Positions 11,782 to 21,603 are shown, numbered from the stretch's first letter. The stretch: 32,000 nucleotides of DNA from Candidatus Saccharimonadota bacterium (GCF_016593155.1 NZ_AP023215.1:270001-302000); one strand, 5' to 3'. Translations and numbers: made by a program. Notes: generated by a model not told the origin, from the sequence alone.

Positions 11782-12336
11782 TTAATAAATCATTAAAGTA
11801 GAATGTAATTTTTTTAATTTAGTGTATATAGAAAAATCAAATACTTTATCTTTTATAATTAAACGAAATCCTCCAATTAAGTTTTTATCAATAATTACTG
11901 ATGCCCGTAATTTGAAATTAAATTTTTTTTCCAGGATGGAAATTAAATCATTTAATTGTTTATTTGTTAAAGTATATGCGCTAATAATTTTAATATTATT
12001 TATATTTTCATATTTATTTTTCATCATATGAAATTGTGTAATAATTTTTGGCAATAAAAATAAACGTTTTTTAATAACTAATATAGAAACAAAATTTTTT
12101 ACATGATTATTGGAATATTTTTTTAAAGAATTTATAATAATTTCAATTAATTCTATATTTGGTAGTACAGAATATTTTGAAAAAATTAGAATATTTGGAT
12201 ATTTAATAGATATTTTTTTAATTATTTCTTCTATTTTTATAATTAATTTATTCCAAAATTTTATTGTTTTATAAGATTTAGCAAAGTTAAATAATGCCTT
12301 TGAATATGGTCGCGCAATAGTTGAAATATTAATCAT
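11782..12336 (-). CDS. atpH: F1 ATP synthase delta (OSCP) subunit
   Basis: 184-aa ORF between atpF and atpA. N-terminus TIARPYSKALFNFA and C-terminal IGGFRLIIKDKVFDFS are typical of delta. Confidence 0.88.
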   Translation of the reverse strand: MINISTIARPYSKALFNFAKSYKTIKFWNKLIIKIEEIIKKISIKYPNILIFSKYSVLPNIELIEIIINSLKKYSNNHVKNFVSILVIKKRLFLLPKIITQFHMMKNKYENINNIKIISAYTLTNKQLNDLISILEKKFNFKLRASVIIDKNLIGGFRLIIKDKVFDFSIYTKLKKLHSTLMIY

Positions 12337-12338
12337 TT

Positions 12339-12809
12339 TTATAATTCTGTTTTTAATTGATTTAATAAATTTGAGTTAACTTCAATAGTAATTTTATTAT
12401 TTAAAATTTTTTCAGCGCTTTTTATTGCTAAATTAACTATTTCATTATGTAAATTTTCGCGTGCTATATTAATTTGTTGAATAATTTCTATTCTAGCGTT
12501 AGAGAAAATAAGATTAGCTTCTTCAGTTGCTGTTTTTTTAGATTTTTCAATGATTAATTTACACTGTTTTTCAGTTAAATTAATACGTTTTTTATTTTCT
12601 TCATGAGTAGCTATTAATTCTTCATGTATACGTTTTCTATCATGGGATAATTTTTCTTTTTCAGAATTAGCGGAAGCCAATATATCTGAAATTTTTTTTT
12701 TTCTATTATCTAGTGCTTCAATTAAAGGGGGCCAAATAAATTTTTTTGTAAAACCTACAAAAATAAAAAATACTAGAAATTGAATAAATAATGTTGAATT
12801 TAAATTCAT
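12339..12809 (-). CDS. atpF: Fo ATP synthase subunit b
   Basis: 156-aa ORF with a single N-terminal TM helix followed by a long charged helix, in operon position between atpE and atpH (2-nt gap to atpH). Confidence 0.88.
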   Translation of the reverse strand: MNLNSTLFIQFLVFFIFVGFTKKFIWPPLIEALDNRKKKISDILASANSEKEKLSHDRKRIHEELIATHEENKKRINLTEKQCKLIIEKSKKTATEEANLIFSNARIEIIQQINIARENLHNEIVNLAIKSAEKILNNKITIEVNSNLLNQLKTEL

Positions 12810-12851
12810 ACTGATTTTCCTTTAAAAATAAATATAAAACGCAAAGTGGAT

Positions 12852-13139
<288 letters not shown>

Positions 13140-13143
13140 TTAG

Positions 13144-13163
13144 AATTAAAAAATTTTTTAATT
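13144..13163. repeat. perfect 20-nt A/T palindrome (aattaaaaaattttttaatt) in the atpB-atpE intercistronic spacer
   Basis: Checked base by base. Lies 47 nt upstream of the atpE start codon on the operon mRNA. Function uncertain. Confidence 0.25.
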
Positions 13164-13188
13164 TAATTTAATAATTTATTTTTTAAAT

Positions 13189-14019
13189 TTAATGACGTTC
13201 ATGTGCTTGACCAATATAAACTAATGTTAACATCATAAAAATAAAAGCTTGTAATAATACAATTAGAATATGAAATATAGTCCATATTGAACCTATAATT
13301 ACATGACCAATAAAACCAAAAACAGTTGAAATTGATCCTAATAATGCTATTAATAAAAATAGCAATTCTCCGGCGTACATATTTCCAAATAAACGCATAC
13401 CTAATGAAATTGTTTTTGCTAAAAATTCAATTACATTAAGCAATAAATTAAATGGTGCTAACCATATACCAAATGGAACTGAAAATATCTCATAAATAAA
13501 CCCAAAAAATCCTTTAATTTTAATACTATAATATAAAATTAATATCAGTATTCCAAGGGAGATACCTAAAGTACCATTTAAATCAGCAGTTGGCACAATA
13601 TGATGATAAGGAAATAGTTTTTCTAATCCAAATAATTTAAATATATATGAAAATAGGTCTACTGGAATAAAATCCAGTGAGTTCATAAGCGTTATCCATA
13701 TAAAAATTGTTAATGCTAATGGAGAAATGAATTTACGATTATTACTATTATGTATGATGGATTTGGATTGATCTTCAATCATTTCTATGATCATTTCAAT
13801 AAATGCTTGAAATCTAGAAGGAATATCAGAAGTCGCCTTATTTGCAATAATATACATAATTAAACAACCAAACACGCCGGTAAATATAGACCAAAAAATA
13901 GTATCTATATTAAATATTGAAAAATCAATAATTTTTTTTTGATATGCTGTAGATAAATGATTAAGATGATGAGCAATATATTCTGATGCAATTCGAGCGT
14001 CAAGTAAAACTGCAGACAT
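13189..14019 (-). CDS. atpB: Fo ATP synthase subunit a
   Basis: 276-aa polytopic membrane ORF with the conserved LGMRLFGNMYAGE (essential Arg) motif. First gene of the atp cluster; no atpI ORF upstream. Confidence 0.95.
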   Translation of the reverse strand: MSAVLLDARIASEYIAHHLNHLSTAYQKKIIDFSIFNIDTIFWSIFTGVFGCLIMYIIANKATSDIPSRFQAFIEMIIEMIEDQSKSIIHNSNNRKFISPLALTIFIWITLMNSLDFIPVDLFSYIFKLFGLEKLFPYHHIVPTADLNGTLGISLGILILILYYSIKIKGFFGFIYEIFSVPFGIWLAPFNLLLNVIEFLAKTISLGMRLFGNMYAGELLFLLIALLGSISTVFGFIGHVIIGSIWTIFHILIVLLQAFIFMMLTLVYIGQAHERH

Positions 14020-14124
14020 GATTGTAGTATTTAATAACTAGTGAATAAAATGGATATTAAAATAAATTAAATTTATTTAAAGATATAAATATTATTATAA
14101 ATACTTTAAAATTTACAATATAAA

Positions 14125-14154
14125 ATTATAAATGTTTAGTTCAACGGTAGTCAA
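14125..14154 (-). promoter_or_regulatory. candidate sigma-70 promoter for the atp operon (TTGACT-N18-TATAAT on the minus strand)
   Basis: The -35 is the reverse complement of 14149-14154 and the -10 the reverse complement of 14125-14130, about 105 nt upstream of the atpB ATG. TATAAT-like hexamers are common by chance at this AT content; the G/C-containing TTGACT is the more informative half. Confidence 0.3.
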
Positions 14155-14174
14155 ATACTAAATAATAATTTTAA

Positions 14175-15629
14175 TTATTTTAATGTTTTTTTAAATATTT
14201 CTGATAATTTTACTGGATTAGCTTTATTATTGCTAAGTTTTATAGCTTTTCCAATTAATGCATTAATTGCTTGTTTTTTACCAGAATAAAATTCTTGAAT
14301 TAATTTAGAATTGGTTGATAATACAGTATCAACAATTTTTTTTAAAATAGAAGAATCAGAAATTTGATATAATTTATTAGTTTTAATAATATGATCCACA
14401 ATACTAGAATCTAAAGATTTTTTTTGGTATATAATAAAAAATATATCTTTTGCAATTTTATTTGAAATTGTTCCATCAAAAATTCTTTTTAGTAATAAAG
14501 AAAATTGTATTGGAGTAATTGGTAAATCATTAATATCATTATTTTGATTAATTTTAGGTATAATTTCTTTTATTAACCATTTAATGATTAATTTAATTTT
14601 AGAGATACCAATATTAATGATTGAATTTTCAAAAAAATATGCTATTTTTTTTGATTGCGTTAATTTTATAGCATCAAATTCGGATAAATTATAATTAGTA
14701 ATTATACGTTTACGTATGACGTCAGGTAATTCTGGCATTATAGATTTTATGTATTGTATCCATTTAGTTGAAATAAATAACGGAGGTAAATCTGGATCTG
14801 GAAAATAGCGATAATCTTTTGAATTTTCTTTTTTTCTCATTGAGATTGTTTTTTTAATATTAGGATCATATCTACGAGTTTCTTGTATAATATTATTATT
14901 ATTTTCAAGTAATTTAATTTGACGATTTATTTCATAATTAATAGCATCTTCCATGAAACGAAATGAATTCAAATTTTTAATTTCATTACGTATACCATAT
15001 TTATTTTTATTAACTTTTTTAATAGATATATTAACATCACATCGAAATGATCCATTTTGCATATTTCCATCACAAATTCCTAACCACATAACTAGTGAAT
15101 GTAAACTTTTAGCGCAAGCTACTGCTTCTTGAGCGCTACGCATACTAGGTTCAGTAATAATTTCTAATAAAGGTATTCCGGCACGATTAAAGTCAATGCC
15201 AGTTTTATCAAAATAATTTTTATGTAGTAATTTTCCAGCATCTTCCTCTAGATGAGCTTGAATAATTTTTGCAGAACTCCATTTTACTTTTTGTTTTTTT
15301 TCTATAGGAAAGAGGATGCTTCCTTCTTTAATTAATGGTAATTCAAGTTGACTTATTTGATAACCTTTGGATAAATCTGGATAAAAATAATTTTTACGAA
15401 CAAATATTGAATATGAAGATATTTTTGCATTAACTGCTAATCCGAATTGAATAGCATACTCCACTGCTTTTTTATTAAGTACCGGTAAAGTACCCGGTAA
15501 TGCTAAATCAAATGGATTAATTTGAGTGTTTGCATTTGCACCAAAACAAACTGGTGATTCGCTAAAAATTTTAGATTTAGTTAGTAGTTGTGTGTGTATT
15601 TCAAGACCAATTATAACCTCCCATTGCAT
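14175..15629 (-). CDS. gatB: Asp/Glu-tRNA(Asn/Gln) amidotransferase subunit B
   Basis: 484-aa ORF starting MQWEVIIGLEIHTQL with RCDVNIS, NLNSFRF, YFPDPDLPP motifs, and the gatC-gatA-gatB order. Confidence 0.95.
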   Translation of the reverse strand: MQWEVIIGLEIHTQLLTKSKIFSESPVCFGANANTQINPFDLALPGTLPVLNKKAVEYAIQFGLAVNAKISSYSIFVRKNYFYPDLSKGYQISQLELPLIKEGSILFPIEKKQKVKWSSAKIIQAHLEEDAGKLLHKNYFDKTGIDFNRAGIPLLEIITEPSMRSAQEAVACAKSLHSLVMWLGICDGNMQNGSFRCDVNISIKKVNKNKYGIRNEIKNLNSFRFMEDAINYEINRQIKLLENNNNIIQETRRYDPNIKKTISMRKKENSKDYRYFPDPDLPPLFISTKWIQYIKSIMPELPDVIRKRIITNYNLSEFDAIKLTQSKKIAYFFENSIINIGISKIKLIIKWLIKEIIPKINQNNDINDLPITPIQFSLLLKRIFDGTISNKIAKDIFFIIYQKKSLDSSIVDHIIKTNKLYQISDSSILKKIVDTVLSTNSKLIQEFYSGKKQAINALIGKAIKLSNNKANPVKLSEIFKKTLK

Positions 15630-15691
15630 ATTTTTTCCTTATTATTTTAAGATTAAAATTTTCAAATTATATATATTTTAATATTTTTAAA

Positions 15692-15708
15692 AGTGCTTAT
15701 AAAGCACT
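15692..15708 (-). promoter_or_regulatory. G/C-containing stem-loop (7-bp stem agtgctt/aagcact, 3-nt loop) 1 nt after the gatA stop codon, inside the gatA-gatB spacer
   Basis: Checked base by base. One of very few G/C-bearing elements in any spacer of the window. Followed on the mRNA by UUUAAAAAU. Function (processing/stability/attenuation) not established. Confidence 0.3.
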
Positions 15709-15709
15709 C

Positions 15710-17185
15710 TTATAGTTTCGGAGTTTTAAGATGCCAGTCGGTAATATTTTGATATTGATGAGCTATATATAATAATTGTGCTTCTTTAAAATAATTACCA
15801 ATTATTTGTAATCCAATTGGTCGATTAATATTTTTGGGATTTTTACTAAATCCACATGGAATAGACATCCCTGGTAATCCAGCTAAACTCGTTGATAGTG
15901 TAAAAATATCAGATAAATAATTAATGACCGGATCTCTCTTATCCCCAATATTCCAGGCAACTGTTGGTGATACTGGTCCCATAATAACATCACAACAACT
16001 ATTTGGTCCGGTTAATATTTTTTGAAAATCTTCTGAAATTAATCTTCGAATACGTTGAGCTTGTAAATAGTAAGTATTATAACAATCGTGTGATAATACA
16101 TGTGAACCTATTAGAATACGTCTCTTTACTTCCTCTCCGAATCCTTCTGTGCGAGATTTTTTGTACATATCTATTAAATTTTTATAATTTTTAGAACGAT
16201 AACCATATCGAACTCCATCAAAACGGCTTAAATTAGATGCAGCTTCAGCAGGCGCAATAACATAATAAACAGGAATAGAGAGATTTGTTTTTGGCATAGA
16301 AATATCTACTAATTTAGCGCCAAGTTTTTCAAATTCTTTTAATGCGGAACATATTCCATATTGTACATCGGATTCTAAATCTACATTAAAAAATTCACGA
16401 GGCATACCAATTCGCAGTCCTTTTATTCCTTTTGTATTTTTTCTTAATTTATAACTAAAATCTTCATCTTTTCTTTGTAAACTAGTTGAATCGCGTTTAT
16501 CAAAACCTATCATAACATTTAAAAGCAATGCGCAATCTTCTGCAGTTTTAGCGATTGGTCCTGCTTGATCTAAAGAAGAGGCAAATGCTATCATACCGTA
16601 ACGAGATATACTACCGTAAGTTGGTTTAATACCAGTTACACCGCATAATGAAGCAGGTTGTCTAATTGATCCCCCTGTATCACTTGCGGTAGTAGCTGGC
16701 GCCAATCTAGCTGCTACTGCCGCGGCGGATCCTCCGGATGAGCCACCTGGAACAGAAAAATAATCCCAAGGGTTTCTTACTGGACCAAAATATGAATTTT
16801 CGTTACTTGAACCCATTGCAAATTCATCGCAATTAAGTTTTCCAAGCATTACGGTGCCGGCTTTTTTTAAACGTTCTACTATATCGGCATTAAATGGACT
16901 AATGTAATTAGCTAACATTTTTGATCCAGCGGTAGTTTTCCAATGACGTGTAACAAATATATCTTTATGGGCTATTGGAATACCAGTTAATTGTGTTTTA
17001 TTACCGGATATTAATTTTTTTTCAGCAATATTTGCTTGTATTAATGTTAATTCCTCATCAACATGGAGAAATGCATTTAGATTGCTGGTTTTAATACGAT
17101 CTAAAAAAATTTTTGTTAGTTCAATTACAGAAATTTTTTTATTATTTAATAATAAAGATAATTCTTTAATAGTTTTGTTATACAT
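15710..17185 (-). CDS. gatA: Asp/Glu-tRNA(Asn/Gln) amidotransferase subunit A
   Basis: 491-aa ORF with the amidase signature [32 protein letters not shown]. Confidence 0.96.
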   Translation of the reverse strand: MYNKTIKELSLLLNNKKISVIELTKIFLDRIKTSNLNAFLHVDEELTLIQANIAEKKLISGNKTQLTGIPIAHKDIFVTRHWKTTAGSKMLANYISPFNADIVERLKKAGTVMLGKLNCDEFAMGSSNENSYFGPVRNPWDYFSVPGGSSGGSAAAVAARLAPATTASDTGGSIRQPASLCGVTGIKPTYGSISRYGMIAFASSLDQAGPIAKTAEDCALLLNVMIGFDKRDSTSLQRKDEDFSYKLRKNTKGIKGLRIGMPREFFNVDLESDVQYGICSALKEFEKLGAKLVDISMPKTNLSIPVYYVIAPAEAASNLSRFDGVRYGYRSKNYKNLIDMYKKSRTEGFGEEVKRRILIGSHVLSHDCYNTYYLQAQRIRRLISEDFQKILTGPNSCCDVIMGPVSPTVAWNIGDKRDPVINYLSDIFTLSTSLAGLPGMSIPCGFSKNPKNINRPIGLQIIGNYFKEAQLLYIAHQYQNITDWHLKTPKL

Positions 17186-17243
17186 GAATTTTTATTATTT
17201 TAATATGAATTAATAATTTAATAATTTTAAAAAATTTTTATTA

Positions 17244-17543
17244 TTAAAAAATTTTAGGAACAATGTATAAACTATCATGTATTATTGGGGCAAGATTTTG
17301 ATAATTTTTAAAATAGTTGTTATTTTTAATAGTGATATCTTTTCTTAAAAAAAGTATTTTTTCTTGGATTAATGAAATTGGGTAATAAAGTGGTTCAATA
17401 TTAGTGGTATCAATATTTTTAATGGATTTAATTAAAGAAAATATATCATTAATTTTTTTAAGAATATCATAAATTTGATTTTTATCTATAGCTAGATAAG
17501 ATAAATTGGCAATAGATTCAATATCTAATAAGGTTAAAGACAT
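17244..17543 (-). CDS. gatC: Asp/Glu-tRNA(Asn/Gln) amidotransferase subunit C
   Basis: 99-aa ORF immediately upstream of gatA. GatC size and N-terminal pattern (IESIANLSYLAID...). Sequence is weakly conserved, so the call rests largely on synteny. Confidence 0.8.
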   Translation of the reverse strand: MSLTLLDIESIANLSYLAIDKNQIYDILKKINDIFSLIKSIKNIDTTNIEPLYYPISLIQEKILFLRKDITIKNNNYFKNYQNLAPIIHDSLYIVPKIF

Positions 17544-17853
17544 AATGCAAATATAGTTAATAAAATATAGTTAAATAAAAATATTATTAATTATTATAAT
17601 ATATTATTATTTATTATAATATAAAAAATAAAGTAAAAGTATTTCAAGGTTTAAAAGCTTTTAAATAAATATATAAATTTTAATTTTTAAATATAATAAA
17701 ATTATATCTTTAAACTTTATAAATTTTTAAAAAATATTAAAAATTTTATTTATTATTTAATTTAATAAAAAATATTATATAAAATATCTATTTTTATGTA
17801 AAGAAATATTCTAAAATGAATTATTTAAATTTATTTATTAATATTTTTTTAAG

Positions 17854-18750
17854 TTATTTCTTAAGAAATAATGCTCTTTTATATAATACATTTTTTTTAC
17901 TACCAGTTAAATTTGATGCCAGTTCTATTGTTTGTTTTAACGTTAATATTTTTAATAATGATTTTAATATATTATCTATTTTTTTATTATTGTGTATATC
18001 ATTTATATCATTTATATTATTTACTAGACATGTAGACTCAATTAATAAAACAAATTCACCTTTTTTATGATTATCTTTATTTAACCAATCAAAAGCATCT
18101 TTTAAAAAGCAGCGATGAATTTTTTCAAATTTTTTAGTTAATTCTTTCGCAAACACAATTTGTCTCATTGGACCAAATATTTTTAATAATTCATGGACTG
18201 TTTTAATAATCCGATGAGGCGCTTCATATAAAATAAGTGTTGATTTTATATTTATTAATGAAATTAGCATTTCTTTACGTTTTTTTTTTTTAATTGGCAA
18301 AAAACCTAAAAAATAAAAATTTTTATTTTTTAATCCACTAATACAGAAAGCGGTTATAACCGATGATACACCTGGAATTGGTAGAACTCTTAAACCAGCA
18401 TTTTGTACAGCATTAATAATATAAGACCCAGGATCTGAAATAGTTGGGGTTCCACTATCGGAAACTAATGCGATACGTTCTTTATTTTTTAGTTTAGTAA
18501 TTATGGTATTTGTTACTTTATATTCATTATATTTATGAGCAGAAAATAATATTTTGGATAAACCATATTGCATTATCAAATTATTAGTATTTCTAGTATC
18601 TTCACATGCTATTGAATCAACAATACTAAGCACGTATAAGGCTCGTAGTGTAATATCAAAAATATTTCCAATAGGAGTAGCTAAAACGTATAATGTAGAA
18701 TTTGGATAATTTTGTAATTCAATTTTATTAAAAAACGAAATATCTATCAT
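17854..18750 (-). CDS. rsmI: 16S rRNA (cytidine1402-2'-O)-methyltransferase
   Basis: 298-aa ORF. LYVLATPIGNIFDITLRALYVLSIVDSIACEDTRNT and VSDSGTPTISDPG motifs of the tetrapyrrole-methylase-fold RsmI family. Confidence 0.9.
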   Translation of the reverse strand: MIDISFFNKIELQNYPNSTLYVLATPIGNIFDITLRALYVLSIVDSIACEDTRNTNNLIMQYGLSKILFSAHKYNEYKVTNTIITKLKNKERIALVSDSGTPTISDPGSYIINAVQNAGLRVLPIPGVSSVITAFCISGLKNKNFYFLGFLPIKKKKRKEMLISLINIKSTLILYEAPHRIIKTVHELLKIFGPMRQIVFAKELTKKFEKIHRCFLKDAFDWLNKDNHKKGEFVLLIESTCLVNNINDINDIHNNKKIDNILKSLLKILTLKQTIELASNLTGSKKNVLYKRALFLKK

Positions 18751-18825
18751 AAAAAATATATTAACTGAATGTTGATAATATCATATAAATATTTTATATA
18801 ATAATGAATATATTATTTCATTTTA

Positions 18826-18910
18826 TGGTGCGGATAAAGGGATTTGAACCCATACGCTTGATAGCACTAGACCCTAAATCTAGCGCGTCTACCAATTTCG
18901 CCATATCCGC
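18826..18910 (-). tRNA. tRNA-Leu, anticodon UAG, genomically encoded CCA
   Basis: Folded by hand from the reverse complement gcggatatggcgaaattggtagacgcgctagatttagggtctagtgctatcaagcgtatgggttcaaatccctttatccgcacca. It has a 7-bp acceptor stem, a 3-bp D stem, and a 5-bp anticodon stem with loop UUUAGGG. It also has a 13-nt class II variable arm and a T arm (TTCAAAT loop, one U-U mismatch), ending in the discriminator A and CCA. Confidence 0.9.
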
Positions 18911-19086
18911 AAAAATAAAATTAATAATCTTTAGAAAATTACATATTCGTGTTAATTTTTAATATAAATATTTTTCTTGAAAAATTTATTGAAATTTATA
19001 GAATATGTTAAATTATATTATTATATATTTATTGTTTTTACAAATTTTTAATTAAAGTATTATTACTGGAGCTATTTAAATATTAA

Positions 19087-20106
19087 ATGGAATATCATTT
19101 ATTTAAAAAAAAACGTGTATTAACAGGAGATCGTCCTACAGGTCCATTGCATATTGGTCATTATTCTGGATCGTTAAAAACTCGTATTGCATTACAGGAT
19201 AAATATACTCAATTTATCATAATCGCTGATATACAAGCTTTAACAGATAATACCATTAATCCAATAAAAATTCGTAATGCAATTAATGAAGTTATGTTAG
19301 ATTATTTAGCGGTAGGAATTGATCCGGTTAAGAATATAATTTTTATTCAATCCATGATTCCTCAGATTTTTGAATTAACTATACTTTATTTAAATTTAGT
19401 AAATATTTCTCGAATAGCACGGAATCCAACTATTAAAAGTGAAATACAACAAAAAAGATTTGAAAAATCAATACCAGCGGGTTTTTTTATTTATCCAATT
19501 AGTCAAGTAGCGGATATAACTATATTTGATGCAAATATTGTGCCAGTTGGAATTGATCAAGTACCAATGATTGAACAGGCATGTGAAATTGTTGATATAT
19601 TTAATAATATTTACGGAAAGAATACTTTAATAAGGCCAAAGGCTTTATTATCAAAAAAGGGTAATCGTTTACCTGGAATAGATGGGCATTATAAAATGTC
19701 CAAATCTCTTAAAAATGGAATTTATTTATCTGATAGTCCCGATAAAATCGTTAAAAAAATAAAAAGCATGTACACTGATCCTAATCATTTACATATATCA
19801 GATCCAGGAAAAGTTGATGGAAATCCAGTATTTACATATTTAGATCAATTTGGAACCGATAAAAAAAAAATTGCTAAAATGAAAGCTCATTATATTCAAG
19901 GTGGACTTGGGGATATAACAGTAAAAAAATATTTAATTGAAGTTATGCAAGATTTTTTATTTCCAATCAGAATAAAAAGAAAACAGTTATCTAAAGATAA
20001 AAAATATATACAAGATATATTAAAAATTGGTTCAGAACAAGCCCAGGAAGAGGCGGAAAAAACATTAAAAAGAATAAAACATGCAATGAATATTGATTAT
20101 TTTTAA
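19087..20106 (+). CDS. trpS: tryptophan--tRNA ligase
   Basis: 339-aa ORF. Class I motifs TGPLHIGHY (HIGH) and KMSKS, with TrpRS-typical length and sequence. Confidence 0.93.
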   Translation: MEYHLFKKKRVLTGDRPTGPLHIGHYSGSLKTRIALQDKYTQFIIIADIQALTDNTINPIKIRNAINEVMLDYLAVGIDPVKNIIFIQSMIPQIFELTILYLNLVNISRIARNPTIKSEIQQKRFEKSIPAGFFIYPISQVADITIFDANIVPVGIDQVPMIEQACEIVDIFNNIYGKNTLIRPKALLSKKGNRLPGIDGHYKMSKSLKNGIYLSDSPDKIVKKIKSMYTDPNHLHISDPGKVDGNPVFTYLDQFGTDKKKIAKMKAHYIQGGLGDITVKKYLIEVMQDFLFPIRIKRKQLSKDKKYIQDILKIGSEQAQEEAEKTLKRIKHAMNIDYF

Positions 20107-20192
20107 ATATTCAATATATAAAATATAAACTTAAAATATTTAAATATTAATAAAAAAATTTTATAAAATTATTTTAAATAATTTAATTATAA

Positions 20193-20233
20193 ATTAGTTT
20201 TGTTATATTAAATATAACAAAACTAATATTTTT
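20193..20233. terminator. bidirectional intrinsic terminator between convergent trpS and dnaJ
   Basis: Perfect 35-nt palindrome at 20193-20227 (attagttttgttatatt-a-aatataacaaaactaat, 17-nt arms around one central base, containing G/C). Followed by aTTTTT on the + strand and by ttataatt on the - strand. It sits exactly in the convergent gap. Confidence 0.6.
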
Positions 20234-20323
20234 AAAAAATTTATAAATAATAAGACTTTGTAGTTATTTATAATTAGTAAAAATCTTTATTTAGTATAAA
20301 TTTAAAAAATTTTTTTATTATAT

Positions 20324-21445
20324 TTAAAAAAAATTTTTAACCTTGTTTTTCCAAATTTTGGTTTTAGGATTATGTTTGGACCCACCTTCAAGAATAGAAT
20401 TTTCCAAGGAACGTAAAAGATTTTTTTGATATTCTGTTAATTGTACGGGAGTTTCTATAGTGACATGACAAAATAAATCTCCTGGAATTGAGGATCGTAC
20501 ATTTTTTATTCCCTTCCCACGTAGACGAAAAATTTTACCAGATTGCGTTCCTTCTGGAATTAAAAAAAAAGCCTTACCATTAAGAGTAGGAGCTTCAACC
20601 TCTCCCCCAAGCGCCGCTCTTGAAAATGAAATTGGCATTTCATAATGAAGATCATCACCATCTCGTTCAAATACTTTGTGTGGTTTAATATGAATTTCAA
20701 TATAAAGATTTCCATTTGACCCACCACTCAAACCAGGTTCACCGTTTCCAGGGGAACGAATACGCATATTATTTTCTATCCCAGCTGGAATTTTAACTTC
20801 TAATGTTTTATTACGTTTTATGCGACCAATTCCCTTGCAAGATAAACATGGGTGAGAAATAACTTTTCCTGATCCTTGACATTTTGGGCAAGTTTGCTGA
20901 ATACTAAAAAATCCTTGCTGCATTCTTACTTGACCTTGTCCTGAGCACGTAAAACAGGAAGTAGGTGAAGTTCCTTTTTTAGTTCCATTACCATGGCAAG
21001 ATTCACATATATCCCATGATGGAACGCGGATAGAAGTATTAAAACCATGAGCGGCTTGTTCTAAAGTAATTTCAAGATTATAACGTAAATCTTTTCCATG
21101 TGAACCTTTTTTTTTGTTATCACTACTACGATTAGAACCAAAAATATCCCCAAAAATATCTCCAAATGCATCAGCAAAACTACTTGCTTCTGCAGAAGAA
21201 CCGCCTCCGCTCATATTTGGATCAATACCCGCATGTCCATATTGATCATAAATTATACGTTTTTCAGAATCCGATAATATTTCATATGCCTCTTTGATTT
21301 CTTTAAATTTTTCTTCAGCATTTTTATTATTAGGATTTCTATCTGGATGATATTTCATGGCTAATTTTCTATAAGCCCTTTTAATTTCATTCTCAGAAGC
21401 ATTTTTTTTTAAATTTAATATTTCATAAAAATCACGTTTTGCCAT
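20324..21445 (-). CDS. dnaJ: chaperone DnaJ (Hsp40)
   Basis: J domain ([10 protein letters not shown]...YHPDRN), G/F-rich region, four CxxCxGxG zinc-finger repeats, C-terminal domains. The ORF track starts at a TTG (21463) giving [12 protein letters not shown] place the start at the ATG at 21445-21443 ([10 protein letters not shown]), which matches the canonical DnaJ N-terminus. Confidence 0.95.
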   Translation of the reverse strand: MAKRDFYEILNLKKNASENEIKRAYRKLAMKYHPDRNPNNKNAEEKFKEIKEAYEILSDSEKRIIYDQYGHAGIDPNMSGGGSSAEASSFADAFGDIFGDIFGSNRSSDNKKKGSHGKDLRYNLEITLEQAAHGFNTSIRVPSWDICESCHGNGTKKGTSPTSCFTCSGQGQVRMQQGFFSIQQTCPKCQGSGKVISHPCLSCKGIGRIKRNKTLEVKIPAGIENNMRIRSPGNGEPGLSGGSNGNLYIEIHIKPHKVFERDGDDLHYEMPISFSRAALGGEVEAPTLNGKAFFLIPEGTQSGKIFRLRGKGIKNVRSSIPGDLFCHVTIETPVQLTEYQKNLLRSLENSILEGGSKHNPKTKIWKNKVKNFF

Positions 21446-21522
21446 ATTTTTCACAAATCCCAATAATTATTTATTGTTTTAAATTATTTAAAATAGAATG
21501 TATTTATGTATTTAAATTTAAA

Positions 21523-21552
21523 TACCAAAATGACCTTTTTGTCATTTTGGTA
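21523..21552 (-). promoter_or_regulatory. 12-bp stem / 6-nt loop hairpin in the dnaK-dnaJ intercistronic spacer (possible attenuator or mRNA-stabilising 3' structure)
   Basis: taccaaaatgac-cttttt-gtcattttggta, checked base by base. Lies 51 nt after the dnaK stop and is followed on the mRNA by UUUAAAUUUAAAU. Confidence 0.4.
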
Positions 21553-21603
21553 ATTTTATATAAAATAAATGAAAGAATATAAAATATTATTTTACATAAA
21601 ACA

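Noticed and set aside
11822-12031. 69-aa + strand ORF inside atpH
   Set aside because: Antisense to atpH. The F/I/L/N-rich product is typical of random frames in A/T-rich DNA.
14136-14157. tRNA-like fragment (gttcaacggtag resembles a D-arm)
   Set aside because: No acceptor, anticodon or T arms can be built from the flanking sequence, which is pure A/T.
16003-16194. 63-aa + strand ORF inside gatA
   Set aside because: Antisense shadow ORF with no RBS and a low-complexity hydrophobic product.
17816-18070. 84-aa + strand ORF spanning the end of the 310-bp spacer and overlapping the rsmI 3' end by 217 nt; looks like a small hydrophobic membrane peptide
   Set aside because: It overlaps rsmI antisense for most of its length and has no SD. 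Its hydrophobicity comes from TTT/ATT/TTA codon richness in A/T-rich DNA. I have no evidence beyond the open frame.
21446-21463. TTG-initiated 6-codon N-terminal extension of dnaJ (MGFVKN-) given in the ORF track
   Set aside because: The canonical DnaJ N-terminus [10 protein letters not shown] begins at the ATG at 21445-21443. The upstream TTG is just the longest-ORF artefact.
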